Shown here piece after piece: positions 36,649 to 49,110 of a stretch of 64,000 nucleotides of DNA. This DNA is from Amoebophrya sp. A120 (lineage: Eukaryota; Protista; Dinoflagellata). The notes beneath the pieces were generated by a model, which was not told the origin of the DNA, ran no database searches, and was given only the letters and a program-made list of their open reading frames with translations. The position numbers were made by a program, and so were the translations under genes. The first letter of the stretch is position 1; every line of letters starts with the position of its first letter. Where the stretch lies: contig CAJINV010000001.1 in assembly GCA_905178155.1 (NCBI GenBank), forward strand, positions 12,259,832 to 12,323,831. The letters run 5' to 3'.

Positions 36649-39600
36649 TTAGAACTGTGCCGCACGTGGGTCAAACTTGCCTTTCACTACTTCTTGAAGC
36701 GATATGCAACAGAAAAGGGCGAGGGGGAACAGGTGCACGAAACGCACTACAAGATCTGAGGGCACAATATCAGTCGCATGCAAGTCGCCGCCTTGCACTC
36801 TCTTCCGCGCTCGATCTTTCATCTGCATAGCCCTGTTGTAAAATTTGTAGCGGGAAGCATGGGCCCAATACAGCTTGCGTTCGTGGAGGAAATCGACCAC
36901 GAACTTTACCCCTTCGGCGACTTCCTCCGCGTAGGCTTCTCGGCAAGACATGGTGTACAGGTCCGGCTGCTCGTTTGCCGCGAGCGGCTCCCCAGTGGCG
37001 CCTTTTTCGACGAGAAAGACCAGCAGCTGCGCAACAGAAACCGCACAACGGGCTACGATTTTCAGATCCTCCCCGAAGGTGTCCACGTAGAAGCTTTTGG
37101 ACTGCTGCGCGGAGGAGAAGAGAGAAAGGTCCCGGAGTCTGGTCAAGAAGTTCTCGTCGGTCGTCGTTATGAGGATGTTGTCGACGGTATTGCTCTTGTG
37201 CTCCGCCGTCCACTTCCCTCCCCGGTCGACCAGGCTGAAAGGAAGTATCGAACCCCGGCCGCCCATCTGCGTCACCATGTCCTCCACATCCCGCCCAAGC
37301 TTGCTCCGCAGCTGCTGGAAGTTGTCCGGCACTGGCGCCAGGACTTCTTGCGGGGCCGGTATGCTTCGCTGCTGTGGTGGGGCCGGTGCTCCGGCAACCA
37401 ACCGAGGGCCATCGCGTTCAGAGGCATCGCCCGCGCCCTTTCTCTCCACTTTCGTCTTGGCGTCCCGCAGGTGAATCGCCTCCGACTTCTTGCTGCCCAA
37501 CTTCGTGGCGGAATCAACAGCAGCGAAAGTATGAAGAAAGGACCCATTGTCGCACACTAGTCCTGGCGGGACGAAGAAGCAGGTCGCGCCCGTCTCCATT
37601 TCTGCGAACTCCAACGTGCGGCCCTGGGGGAGAAGAGAGTAAAACTGCGCCGCCGCGTCTGGGTCCTGGGGCGGAATGAGGGCCATGGGGGTGCCACCAA
37701 GCCGCATCGGGTTTTTGCCGGCAAACGTAATCCGGAATAGGTCGCAGTTGGGGGCCGACTTTCCTCGCCGGTGCCCGACGAAAACACACAAAACGCCGCC
37801 AATGACGGACCGGGGCTCCTTAATGTGCATGCGGCAGAGCTCGGCAACCACCCCGTCGATCCGCTGCGGAAGCTTTGGGCCCAGCGCGAGTTTCCTCGTC
37901 GGCGCCGGCAGCTGCTTCTTCGGCAGGGCTGTCTGTAGGAAATTTGCGGCCAGAGTCTGGAAGCGCGTGACAAGGTGGGAAATTGGCTGCTGGAAGAAGG
38001 CCGCCACCTCGTCGTCGGTCAAAAGATCATCGGTGTCCAGGGTGTTCGTCATGCTGAAGCACCGCGCCGCCGCCTCCGCTTCCTCCTGCATTCTCGCCAC
38101 AACGCGCGCCGCCGCCCGAAATTTCTCCCGCTTCGCGTTTGCTATTTCCTGCCTGCGCTTCGCCACATCCTCCGCCAGCTTCATGTCCTGCTCGTCCGTC
38201 AGGTCGTGCGCCTTTTCGCGCAGGAACTTGCTCGCCACTGCCTTGTTGGCCTCGAATGAGTTCGCGTGCTTCTCCCCCCGGAACATCATCGTGTTCTTCC
38301 TGACCTGGCTCGCGGATTTCTTTATTTCCCTCGCAAGGTCCGCAAGAGAACCGGCCCCGGCTGCGCCCTCGCGATCAGTTATTTTCAGGCGCCTCCCCTG
38401 CGAGGTGTCGGATGAGTTTCCGTTAAACTGGGCGAACAACTTCAGCAGCACATACACTACCAGGGTCGCATGCTGCATCCTGTGCCGCCGGCTGATCTTC
38501 GCGGCGTGGGTGTGCAGCCGCTCGGTGAAGATCGTCGAAATTGAAATCCGCTTCAAGGACAAAAGCAGCCCGTCCAGCGTCGCGCGGTTGCGGTCAAGCA
38601 AGGTCCCGCAGTCCCGTAGCCGCAGGATCTTCTTCGTAAAACCGAAGTCCAGGTCTTTCGGGTCCTCCATTTCCGCCAAGCCCAAGAACTGCTCCACCGT
38701 ATCCGACACAAGCACCCCGCGCCACGGCCACTCCGATAACTTCGGAAAACAGTCCAAGTACAATTTCGCGGCCCCCATTTCCAAAACCAGCCGGCTCTCA
38801 TCCGCGACACTGCTGGGGAGGTTCAGGAATCCGCAAAACTCGAGGGTAACTCTACTGCGCTCGTCCTCCAAGGTCTGGTCGAGGATGGTCTGCACCAGGT
38901 CCAGGCTCCCTATTGTCGGCTGATCCAAAAGCACCCAACCCGCCCGCGCCAAACCGGAAGCCCCAAGGGCGATGATCCAGCACCGCCGCACGAACGACGA
39001 AAAACTCATCTTCTTCGACCGGAGGGCAGCCTTGAGGAAAAATTTCTTGCTGGACGCCTCCAGAGCCAGCTCCGCCACCTCGTACAAGCCCAACAAGCCA
39101 TACAGGCAATACCGCTGGATCGGCTGAATGGCGTCCCCGAATCTCTGAAGACTGACTTCCTGCGGCTTGTAAACGTCCTGCAACAACAGTGCGGCCGCAC
39201 CATGCTGGTCCGCTGGCAAATTCCCGAGAAGCAGCCCGCCCTTGTACCGCAATTCGGCGGCCAGCAATCTCGACACAAGGCCAGCCGGAAGGCTGTCCGC
39301 TACTAGGTTGATGATGGAGCGGTAGATGGTCCGGTCCGCGGGGGAAAGTGGCTGGTGGTGGTATCGCGCCTCACAAAAATCCGCACAATACCCGCGAACC
39401 ACGGGGGAGCTGCCATGCAGGGACGACGCGACTCCGGAAAAGGCCTGCTGTGTCGCGTTATCCGGTAATTGGTAAGAAACGGAGTACTTGATGCCCAGGT
39501 GGAAGTCGTGGACCGAGCACCTGCTGATGACGAAAAGGTCGCAGATGAGTATCGGGCTTGAAATTCCTCTGAACACCCGCCCCTTCAGAACCAGGCCTAA

Positions 39601-40452
39601 CAGAAGATGGGAAGAGCCGCGCACACGCCGCTCGGCGCGAGCTGTTCACGCGAAATGCAAAAATCATGCAAGTTGGCAATCTGCGTACTGAGATTGCCGC
39701 TTGGCCTGGTGCTGAAGTTCTGGGTGGCCAAAGAAGTGCCATGCCATACGCTCCTCCAGCTCCTCCCCATCGCCGCAATGCCGGTGGAGGCGCGGAACCT
39801 GCCCCGTCAGTGTTGCTGCGGATGCGCCATCGCCCCCGTAGATACTAAGCGTGCAGATGCCGTCGATAAAAACTCCCGCGTCCCGCAGCTGCTGTCGCAA
39901 TGGCCGGACCATCGCCGCAAGGACCTGCCCATTCTGTTCCGCAGTGTGCCCCGCGTTCATCTTCACGAGGGGGTGGAGGAGCCACAACCGGTTCACCTCG
40001 TCGCCGCAGACTTTCCCGAACGCCTGAAGGAGCAGCATCGTCTCATAGCTTATCATAGTTCCGGAAGTTTCGTCCAGCGTTGATATCGGGGTCCCGTCGA
40101 ATTCTATGTGCGTAAAAAAAGCACACGCGTCCGCCTGCCCGCCGTGTCGCACAAAAAAATTCGCCGCCTGCATCTGGTGCTCCAACAATAACAAGGCGAA
40201 ACCCTGCCGAAACTGCTCGAGGAGGTCCCCGGCGTACTTGTCCGAGTGAAGGCGCGGGTCGTTCTTCTTTGGCCAAGTGCCCTCGTTGGCGTAGATCATC
40301 ATCTTGGTGCAGAAGGTAAAAAACCTGCCCTGCACACGCTCCGGCACCTTTGGAAGCTGAACCAACTCGCGGAAGGCTGGCGTTGGTACATTGATGTTGG
40401 ACACAGCAACAGCGCTGCTCTGCGCCCCGTCGGAGCTTGAACTAGCCGACAT
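36649..40452 (-). CDS. Divergent hAT-like DDE transposase with long C-terminal extension; two ORFs joined by an intron or frameshift near 39600-39800
   Basis: Ordered hAT-type motifs: HIEFDGT (D at 40096-40098), HTAEQNGQVL, GGDGASA (D at 39829-39831), RCSVHDFHLGIK (CxxH at 39508-39519), ISISTIFTERLHT..ISRRHRMQHATL (E at 38521-38523, dimerisation-domain-like). Motifs matched by eye, no HMM run. Confidence 0.75.
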
Positions 40453-41059
40453 CGCGGCTCCGGCCAGGTGCAGCTAATCAAACGGGTAAAGCTGCATCAC
40501 TCCCCGTGCACACGGAGACGCTTCTTCGACGATCATTTTGCGCCGGGGTATGGAAAACGGCTGTAACTAAAATCGAAACACAGAACCAATTATATGCAAA
40601 AGATGAACCAGGAAAATACATGCCTTCTCTCGTTCAATTAGAAGTTTTTTTTTTTTCCTTTCACCTCGCCCCACCTCGCTTCCATCGCCATGGCTGCCAC
40701 TGCTCTCAGACATCTCAATGGAGAAAGCAACAACAACTCAAGGGTAGGAAGTAAGTCTCTCCTACTTCTCGCTTCCTCGGACTTCCGAATCGCAAGACGG
40801 AGACCAGGGGAACGCCAACACTGCGGGTCGCCAATATGTGTGGCACGTCGTCCTCACTCCTTGATCTAAATTCTAAAATGTGGGCATTTTTTTGGACAAA
40901 AATCTGTGAACGATATGGCCCGGGACCATCCATATGAAACGTGTACAATTTTTTTATACGATTTCCCTTTACAACAAGTTGCTCCAAAAGAGCCAAATAC
41001 AAATTCTTTATAACGGACAAAAAAAAGGATTATCACCTGCTTGAAAAGAAACAAAGAAG

Positions 41060-43471
41060 ATGGTCATGCTTGTGGCTGCTGGTCGCAGTGGTCGAAATAA
41101 GACGCCGCGCAAGTTTGCGAAGCGTGCTGTTGCAGGAGGAACCAGAACTGCAGTGGCGATTTTTGCTAGTTTGTACACGTTACAACTACCGGCGCTGGTC
41201 GATGCAGCGGGTGCTGCATCCTCGCCGCTGCTGCCCGGACGAGATGATGATGTTGTCAATCAGGTAACGCAGGGCTTAGGAGGTATGAGCTTAAACGACC
41301 AGGTCCAGGCCGACTACCCGGTCATGAAAGACATTACGGATGTGGCGATATACATTCTGGACAACAGCGCCAGCATGTGGTCTACCAGCATTCGCGGGGA
41401 ACCAGTGCGGGCAAAAGAGATCGACTACGTCCAGTGGGAAACGCACGAAGAGGGAGAAGGGCGGGTCTTCCAGGAAGGACAGATTCCTGGTTGCTTTACC
41501 CACAACCAGCAATGGCTCGAGCTGGTTTCCAAAACCGAGCAAATCGCGCGATACAACGTACGTCGTCGGATGCCCGCATTGTACATTATGCTGAATGGTA
41601 AAAAGAAAAACGTACACCAGACACGTCACGTGTCATCTGAACGTGAACAAAACAAAGACTACGTGCTGATCCTGCCAACCGACAACGAGACTGAAAATAC
41701 GGAGAGGCTAAAGGAATTGCGAGCAATGATCGACTCGCGCAACGTATACAATGCAGGTGGTTATGCAGGGAAAAAAGTTCGTCTCCATCATCATATGAAT
41801 TTTTTTTACAAGGTTAATATGCATCCATTTGCACATCCTCTGTGGTTTGTCTCACAGAAAACAGAAACAGTAAACAGATCGCGTACTTACTCATAATTTT
41901 ATAAAGCTCGTCGCCTTTATGCCGGCGGATTGTTCTGGTTTTTCAAAAACAATTTACGAAAGTAGATGACGAAGAGTGACTGTGGTGGACTTTTTTCTGT
42001 GGATAAGGGCACGCCTCTTGTCACTATGACCCGTGCTCTCGGCTCTTGGCTGTTTAGAAGTATTATCCCGGAAGCAGATCCTCGTAACCAAATTTTTGCC
42101 GACTCACTGTTGCAGGATTTCGGGAAATTAATTCTCAAACGAGCGAAAGACGTAACGGTGGTTTTCGTGACGGATGGGATGCCGGGCGATGGGAATATGG
42201 CGTCTTCAAGCGTTACATTCCTCAGCGGGTACGATTTTATGGTGCGTTCGTGAAGACGCAAAGGCAAACCAAAAGTGACACGCAAAGGAGGAGAGCAGCA
42301 GGTGATCTTGCCACGTTTCATATTGCCACGCAAGATTGGTATACAACATTTCATTAGGAGACATGTCCTGGATCGTTCTGTATGTTGGGCTGTCGCGCTC
42401 GGCTAGCTGGCCGGGCTGTACTGATCAGGTGCGGTGTGTAGCTCCCGACTGGTTGGTGCTTTTATTGGGGCGACTTGCCGTGGTAGCGCTCGGCTTTTGT
42501 ATGTTGAGGTCGCCGAAAGTGCTTCCTCGCCCACCCCCCGGGGAGGGGATCCTTGACCTGTGGCGCTGGGTGCGGGTGTCCACTACATGATGATGATGAT
42601 GATGAAGACATCTTTGTCAGTGCTGTGTATTTATTAAAGCATCCGATGTTATAGAGAGTGCTTATGTCGTGCGAAGATGGGGAAGAAGGAAAAGGCTGAG
42701 CGAATTGGAAATGAACGGCAACAGGTATACATAGGTCAGCATATGAAGATATAATTTCATCGGAGGCGGCCAGCTCCTCAAAGTCACGCATGCGCTAGGC
42801 TAGCGATGGATACTGGTAACCGCTGAGGACTGGTAACAACATCTGAGGACGCCATACGCCGCGTGAATCAATTCCATGATGCGATGCAAGATGTAGCGAG
42901 GTGGGGACATCAAAACAGAATCAGCTTTCTCTTTACCGCTACGCTCTGCACGGAGTGCAGGGAGGTTGTAAACGAGTACAACGCGCTGGATGAAAGAGTA
43001 AAAGGCCTCGGTGAAGGGCGCACCTTTAAACTTGACGTCATCGATGATTTCTTCGGGGAAGCTTTGGAGGTAGCCAAAAAAAATCCAGCCTTTGTGTACA
43101 GCTTCCAGCCCATTCATGAAGCCCGCCAGGCTGGTTGGAATGCCCCAAAGCAGGTCGGCGACAACTTGGACGAGAAGGCGCTTAGCCTGGTTGAAATGGA
43201 GCTGTTGGCGCTCATGGTCGTACGTGCCGCTTTCAAATATGACAACCAGCGCAGGGAGTTTTTCCCACCTGTGGACTCCGCCAACAACCGGTGGCCTAGC
43301 CCTAGCAGCAGAGAGGGCTCCTCCAGAGCTAACTACAGGTGGTTGTATGAACTTATTGCTCCCGCCAACGAGCATGCGAAGAAAGTGTTCAATGTGATCC
43401 CGTATCCCGAGCAACTCCAGCATTACTATCCGCCGCAAAAGATACTGATGCTGACCCTCTGCAGTGTGTGA
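41060..43471 (+). CDS. VWA (MIDAS) domain protein, paralog A; 3 exons
   Basis: YILDNSASM (DxSxS), GTPL, VVFVTDGMP, LCTE..LDVIDDF..NP. Exons ~41060-41761, 42011-42195, 42862-43471. Hydrophobic stretch near the N-terminus. Confidence 0.8.
41762..42005. mobile_element. Introner, family G-like, aged
   Basis: tatgcagggaaaaaagt / acttttttctgtggata. TSD gtggt/agggc. Element+5 removal restores xGTPL. Confidence 0.8.
42196..42856. mobile_element. Introner, family E-like, aged and expanded (661 nt)
   Basis: tatggcgtcttca..gttac..tcctcagcgg matched in inverted form at the 3' end. TSD lost (gggaa/cgccg). Element+5 removal is in frame. Confidence 0.8.
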
Positions 43472-46277
43472 AGTGACTTCTACTACCCGTCCCCTGAAAA
43501 TTGAACTTCAGACTGCCATGCCTATAGCTTGACACTGCAAGACTCATTTCTCGTGCGAAACGCATCGAAAAACGAAAGTGCCGACTGCAATGCTCTGAAA
43601 CGCGCTGATCGCCTCTTCCCCGTACGAATAGAAATATTCACACACCTGTTTTGTATCTTTCTGTGTGCTTTTTATTTGTACGACGACGAGCATACATGTA
43701 AAAGTTTGCGCAACATTTTTGCGACCAATATTTTTTATGTAAAAAATCTTTTTATGGAACGCATAGGCATAGGTGGCAAAAACCCGCCGTGGGCACGCAT
43801 TGATTTTATCCTTATCGTCGAACAACTATCAGGGTCACGTTACAGCAGAGGGTCAGTACAACTTCAGCCCTCTTCTATAAAGATTCGATTTCGGAACCGC
43901 CAAAAGTTGGATTTCTGGAATCCTTGTTGTTGGGCAGCGCACCTCCGAAACCGGGATACGGCCGGGAGCATTGCCAAATTAAAATGAACTGCATGCGGCT
44001 GCCGCACCCCATTCTCGGAACCGAAAGTGACCGGCCTTCCGTTTCCCGGGACAAGCAGGGAAACTGTTTTCAGGACCGTGGACGCGGTCTCGAGTTCTTA
44101 CGTAAGTATTGCGAGAAAGGTCTGGTCTCGCCGATTCACGTGGACTTGCTTCGCATTGCTATGGAAAACGCAAATACCACACCGAACCCGAAGATCAAAT
44201 TCCAAGCGCCCCCAAGTGCTCGTGACTCCTCCAGTGCATACCGCCCCGCTCGCCGGGGTTTGTGCAATTGCCGTAACCCTCAAAGAACACGTGGAGATCC
44301 GCACCTTCCTTCGGGTCCGCCACTTCGTCCGTCAGGAAACAATCCTGTTTGGCAGCCGTCACTACCTCCCTCAAAGACGCTGACGGTGACCAACCGACTG
44401 GCAGGCAACGCCAAAGGTTTACAAGATGTCCAGCAGCCGTCTGACGCTTGCGGCGTCAGTGGTGTGAAAGAAGAAGTAGCCCCGATTAGGATCCTCTCCG
44501 TAGAAGAGGCGAATAACCTGCGCGGGGGCTCTCCAGTCGATCCAGCAGGAGATGCCTGGGAAGAGCTCGTCAGAGCGCAGGTCGTGGGGAGGGGTTGGCG
44601 TTCGCGAGGCACTACGTCCGACGCGCCTCCGAGCCGTGAGGGGCCGAGAGAGCACCAACCCCGGGCGCCGCGAGGGATCCTGCCGTAACAGGTCCACAAA
44701 TGCACTGAGATCCAATGGGCCCCTTGTACGTACGATGTTTGTGCACACCGATCGCTCTTGCCTGTGGCTTCGATAATAATAATAGACGCCAGCAACTCAA
44801 TCTGGGTTTCACGGAGAAGGACTAATTAAGTACGCGCTGACGCTCTCTGCGCAAAAGGTAAATGGCACGAGGAGCGTATATAAGTAGGTATTCTTCGATA
44901 TCGATTGTGTAGCAAAAGCATCAGAATTTTCATAATTTGTGTCTAGTCTCGACCACTTAGGCGTCTGTTAATGTGACAAGATGTCTACAGTTAAGAGCAT
45001 GAAGGTGCGCTAACATTCGATCTTATTGATGAAGCCAGCAGCGGGCACCTGCTGATGCTGATGGTACTACTCAAACAAGAAAAACATAAAAGAATTGAAA
45101 TTGATGAAATACAAAAATCAATTTCAAGCTTGCATTTCTCCGACTCTCTCGTCGTGACACGAGATTGGGAGAAAAAAGACTCTCTATCATCGTCTGCCTG
45201 AAGGAAACGTGCTGGAGATAAATTTTTTTTTTGTGGAGAACTCTGACTATCAAACTTGTACAATGAATTGCCAAATCAGACTTTATTTGAATTTATAGAT
45301 ACACCTTATCGGTATTACCAGGTACGGGCCTTGAATGTTGCTACGTGTTTCGTATGTAAGTCATCGACTTTCGTCACCGTTGCCGTACGCTTATACATAC
45401 ATTTCCTTTACTAGTCATACTTAGTGGCCATCTTTTGACTCGTCGCTGTTCGCACGACACAAAACTTCTCTGCTCATATTTATTGCAAGTATCTAGAAGA
45501 TCTTCGTTTGACGCGGAGGAGTAGCTTGCTACTCACTTGCACGAAAAACTGCAACAAGAAACTAACCTGACTGGATGTCACAGCGCATCATGATAGAGAA
45601 ACAGTTGTTATCAGCCCCGCAAGAAACCCGAAGCGGTACCGAGGCCCACGACCGTCTTTCATCATGATACTGGCAGGAAAATGTAGTTGTAGGGACAGGA
45701 TCACGAATAAAAAACTAGAAACTACAACATCTGCGCCCTTGCGATTTCCAGGACAACGAAGAAGATATGGAAAAGCAACGGAAAATCAAACGCTGCGTCG
45801 AGGGAGCATTTGCTTTTCCGACATAGCACTACATGTCTCCGACATAACATCCAAAACTAACAGGTGATGAGGCGCCTCTGATTTTCGCTCGAATTCACCG
45901 TCAGTTATGCTTTTCCTCTAGTATCGTAAAATGCGCCCAGCAGAAAATTAATACATAGCTAGTATGTTACAAGTGTTCACAGTTGTAGGAACAGTCACAC
46001 CCTGCTACATGATCTTAGCTCTGCAGCTTATAACAAACGGATCATAAATTAAAGGAACGGCACTCTGCATGTTTCGTGTCTCCGACGTCGCGGAACCGTT
46101 TGAAGAACTGAATGCGATCCAAAGGAGTCCGTGCAAAAGGATATAACGATCTGGATCTTGTACTCCTCGACGCTCAAGCATACGCATGCAGATGCACTCA
46201 GTTCATCCTTTTTAGGACTTGGTAACTAGACTGAGGTGCCGCCCATGCTGTTTGGTCTGATGGATGTTGACGCGCGT

Positions 46278-48032
46278 AAGCGGTCTCGACGATTTGGCTG
46301 GACATACTGTGTGGCTCAGCCGCACTCGTTGTCGTGTCGGTTTCGACCCTCACGCGGCGACAGCTGCCTGTCTGGCAACCTGTCACCGCCTCTTCGTGGC
46401 CTTCGCCACCGGTCGTTTGTGCTCGACCCTGCCTCCTTTCGCTGTGCGACTGGGGGTGGGTCTCGGGTACAAAACGACCGTCCCACCTCGGGGGAGAGGT
46501 CAACTTCTCTTGTCCTGTATGACAAAGTTACCACCTCTTGGTACACCATCGGTTCATCTGCGATGAACCTGTGCCCTTCGGCACTGTGGCTGCGTCTCCG
46601 CGCCACGCTGCACCTCACGCAGCGCTGCACCTCACGCAGCGCTGCACCTCACGCAGCACCGTCGCGTCGTCGCGACACTGTTGTCTCTCACAACACGCGT
46701 TGGTGGTGCGCAAGCACCCCTTCGCCCCCCCTTCTGCTGTCTCCAGCAGACACCTCCGTCGAGGTGCCGCTACCACTTGTGCGCGGCTGTGTCCGCGTGG
46801 TAGCACCTGTGCTTGCCTCTGCAGCACGCTTTCTTACGCTGCCAGCTCCCCGTGTGGGACCGTGCAGCGTGCGGTTGGACACCGCAGGCCGTGTGTTATG
46901 CTCCTCCGGTGCGCAGGCAAGTTGACCTGCGCGCGCATCGGTGTCGGCACTCACACGTCATGCCTAGGGGGCGCTGCTCTGGCAGCCGCTGCGCCCCCGC
47001 CGCCTCGCACCTCCCCGTCTGGTCCAGATCGGGTTGTGCGAGTGCATAGGCCTGTGCGTCGTGCGACCTCGTAGGTGAAGGTCGGGCGCTACGGGCCTCC
47101 CGCCCGCACATCCATGTGCGGCGCGGGCGCCGTCGTGGGTCCAGCGCACCGCTCGTGCGTCTGCGACCCTGACGTCCTCCCAGGGGACGCGCGCAGCGCC
47201 CCCTGTCCACCTCTCGTGCCGCCCGCGGCACCGGCGCGCCCTGTCACCACGATGTGGTGGGGCGCTCCTCCTCTTTTCCCCTCTGCACTGCACGCGCGGT
47301 TCGCGGCTGCAACGGCCCGTTGCACCCGCGCGACCAGCGTGTCCAGCCGCCCCTGCTGCATCCCCGCTTGAGCGCGCAAGCGCACTCGCAGGTGCATGTG
47401 CAGCGGCGGCCACCGGCTCTCATGCCTGTGACAGTGCAGCATGCGTGAACGCGCGGTTGCGCGTGCACGCACACGTGCTACAACACGTGCGGGTCTCTGC
47501 CCGCACGGCTGCGATCAAGCGCTAATGCGCTTGCGCACGCGAGTGTACGCGCTGGCGCGCAATGCCAGCACGCGTGCACACGCGCAGGTCACGGCTGCGT
47601 ATCCACCGTGTCGCAGCACGTAGCCGTCGCCCCCGACGCTTCACGCTGCCACCTGTGCTGCCGCACAGCGACGGCTCGCTCGCAGCTGTGCTGCAGTACT
47701 GCCCGATGTGGGCTACCGGTTGCTGCAGGTCGCTGACCTGGGCAACTGGTGATCAACCTGCTCGCACCATGCACGGTGCCAGCAGGCGGTGTCGCCTCCC
47801 GTTGCATAAGCAGATCGACAGCACCACCATGCACATGTTTGGCATCGTCGCAGTACGCGCTGAAGACCTTTGCGAACGACCTGCACCTGCCTGCGCCGGA
47901 ACACACGCAGGTATATCGTAGCACGTTTGTCATGCACACAACCACACGCCACCACATGACTAAAGCGCTTTTCCACCCAGGGTGGAAGCGGTCTCGACGA
48001 TTTGGTTGGACATACTGTGTGGCTCAGCCGCA
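46278..48032. repeat. 47-bp direct repeat pair (46278-46324, 47986-48032) bracketing a GC-rich 1.66-kb segment containing a 3x17-bp tandem repeat
   Basis: aagcggtctcgacgatttgg(c/t)tggacatactgtgtggctcagccgca occurs twice. cgctgcacctcacgcag x3 at 46606-46656. Confidence 0.85.
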
Positions 48033-49110
48033 GGAGGCGGCGAGTCGGTCGAGAACCTTACGCGGCCGCAGGTGACTGAGATTGGCATGACCGTCGTCAC
48101 GCCGGGAGGGATGCCGCACAGGCCTCCTGTCCCTATTCTCTTGGTCTTTTTCTGCCCACCCTGACTCTGACCCCATCTAGGGCCAGACATGTCTTGGCCT
48201 CCAGTGAGGCGTCAGGAGTCTCTCTGTACGGTCTTAGTCTTGCCACGGCACGTGTGCATGCATCCTAAGGACAACGCACCACCGCCCTTCCAAGAGTATA
48301 GTCTAGCTCACACCAGAGCCGCAGGCTATGTGTGCTCTAGGGGTGGGGCCCACTGCCCGCCCCGCCACTTCTGAAGGACGCTCACGGTGCGTTTCAGCGT
48401 TAGGGTGTGTGCTCGCGCACCACCAAACGGCGACCCAGCCCCCTTCTGGGGGCGGGGGCCGCTGTAGGCATCCATCGGTCCGTGAACGGACGAAGTAAGA
48501 CCATACAGTATGGGCATTGGCACCTGCATAATAGTTAGGCGAAGACAAACAAGGGCAGAAGCGATCACACCGAAATAGTTGTTAAAGCTGCGAAAAAACG
48601 TCGTAAATCGACTGTGAATGAGCTCGCGGTCGAGGTCGGATCTCAATCTCTGTCTCGTGTGCATATTACTAGCTGAAGCTTTATTCGATCGCATTCTCTG
48701 TCTCTCCACCACCTGACTTGCTCTTGCATTCAAAATTTTTCCTCATGTCATTTTCATAGAAATGAAAAAGGTCCTGTTCCTAAACGAAAATGTCAAATGT
48801 GTTCCATTTTCCTTGTTTGGGATTTTGATACTTACAACCAGGCTGAACGTGAAGCGTTTTCTCACGTTTCACATCTACTTACAACATCATTTTTTTGTTA
48901 ACTTTTGTAAAATCATTTCTCTGAATTTCACATTACAATTCATTTTCACCTTTCTGACACGTGCACACGACGACGGCTTTGAAATTTGGTATGGAATTTG
49001 CTAATACAACATTCTCCTACCTATAAGTATCTCGAAATTTATCAATTTTTTTTCATTCGTGTAAACGATAACGACACGGCGCTACTAGTCGGCTTCGCAA
49101 CTGAATTTTC

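Larger units (their letters stand above)
30277..40936 (-). mobile_element. 10.66-kb two-gene hAT-like DNA transposon
   Basis: 8-bp TSD caacgtgt (30269-30276) / aaacgtgt (40937-40944). Termini align ungapped (cgtgtggagctatccgggc vs revcomp catatggatggtcccgggc). Perfect subterminal inverted 17-mer ccaaaaaaatgcccaca (30319-30335 / 40879-40895). Encloses the only substantial minus-strand genes recognised in the window. Confidence 0.75.

Noticed and set aside
43924-44812. ORF 43924-44688 and overlapping ORFs as a gene or TE protein
   Set aside because: No recognisable motif, no host-like codon bias and no splice structure; possibly a decayed repeat.
45424-45443. Relic dinoflagellate spliced-leader (gtggccatcttttgactc)
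   Set aside because: Only a weak gapped resemblance to CCGTAGCCATTTTGGCTCAAG and not positioned before a gene; consistent with chance.
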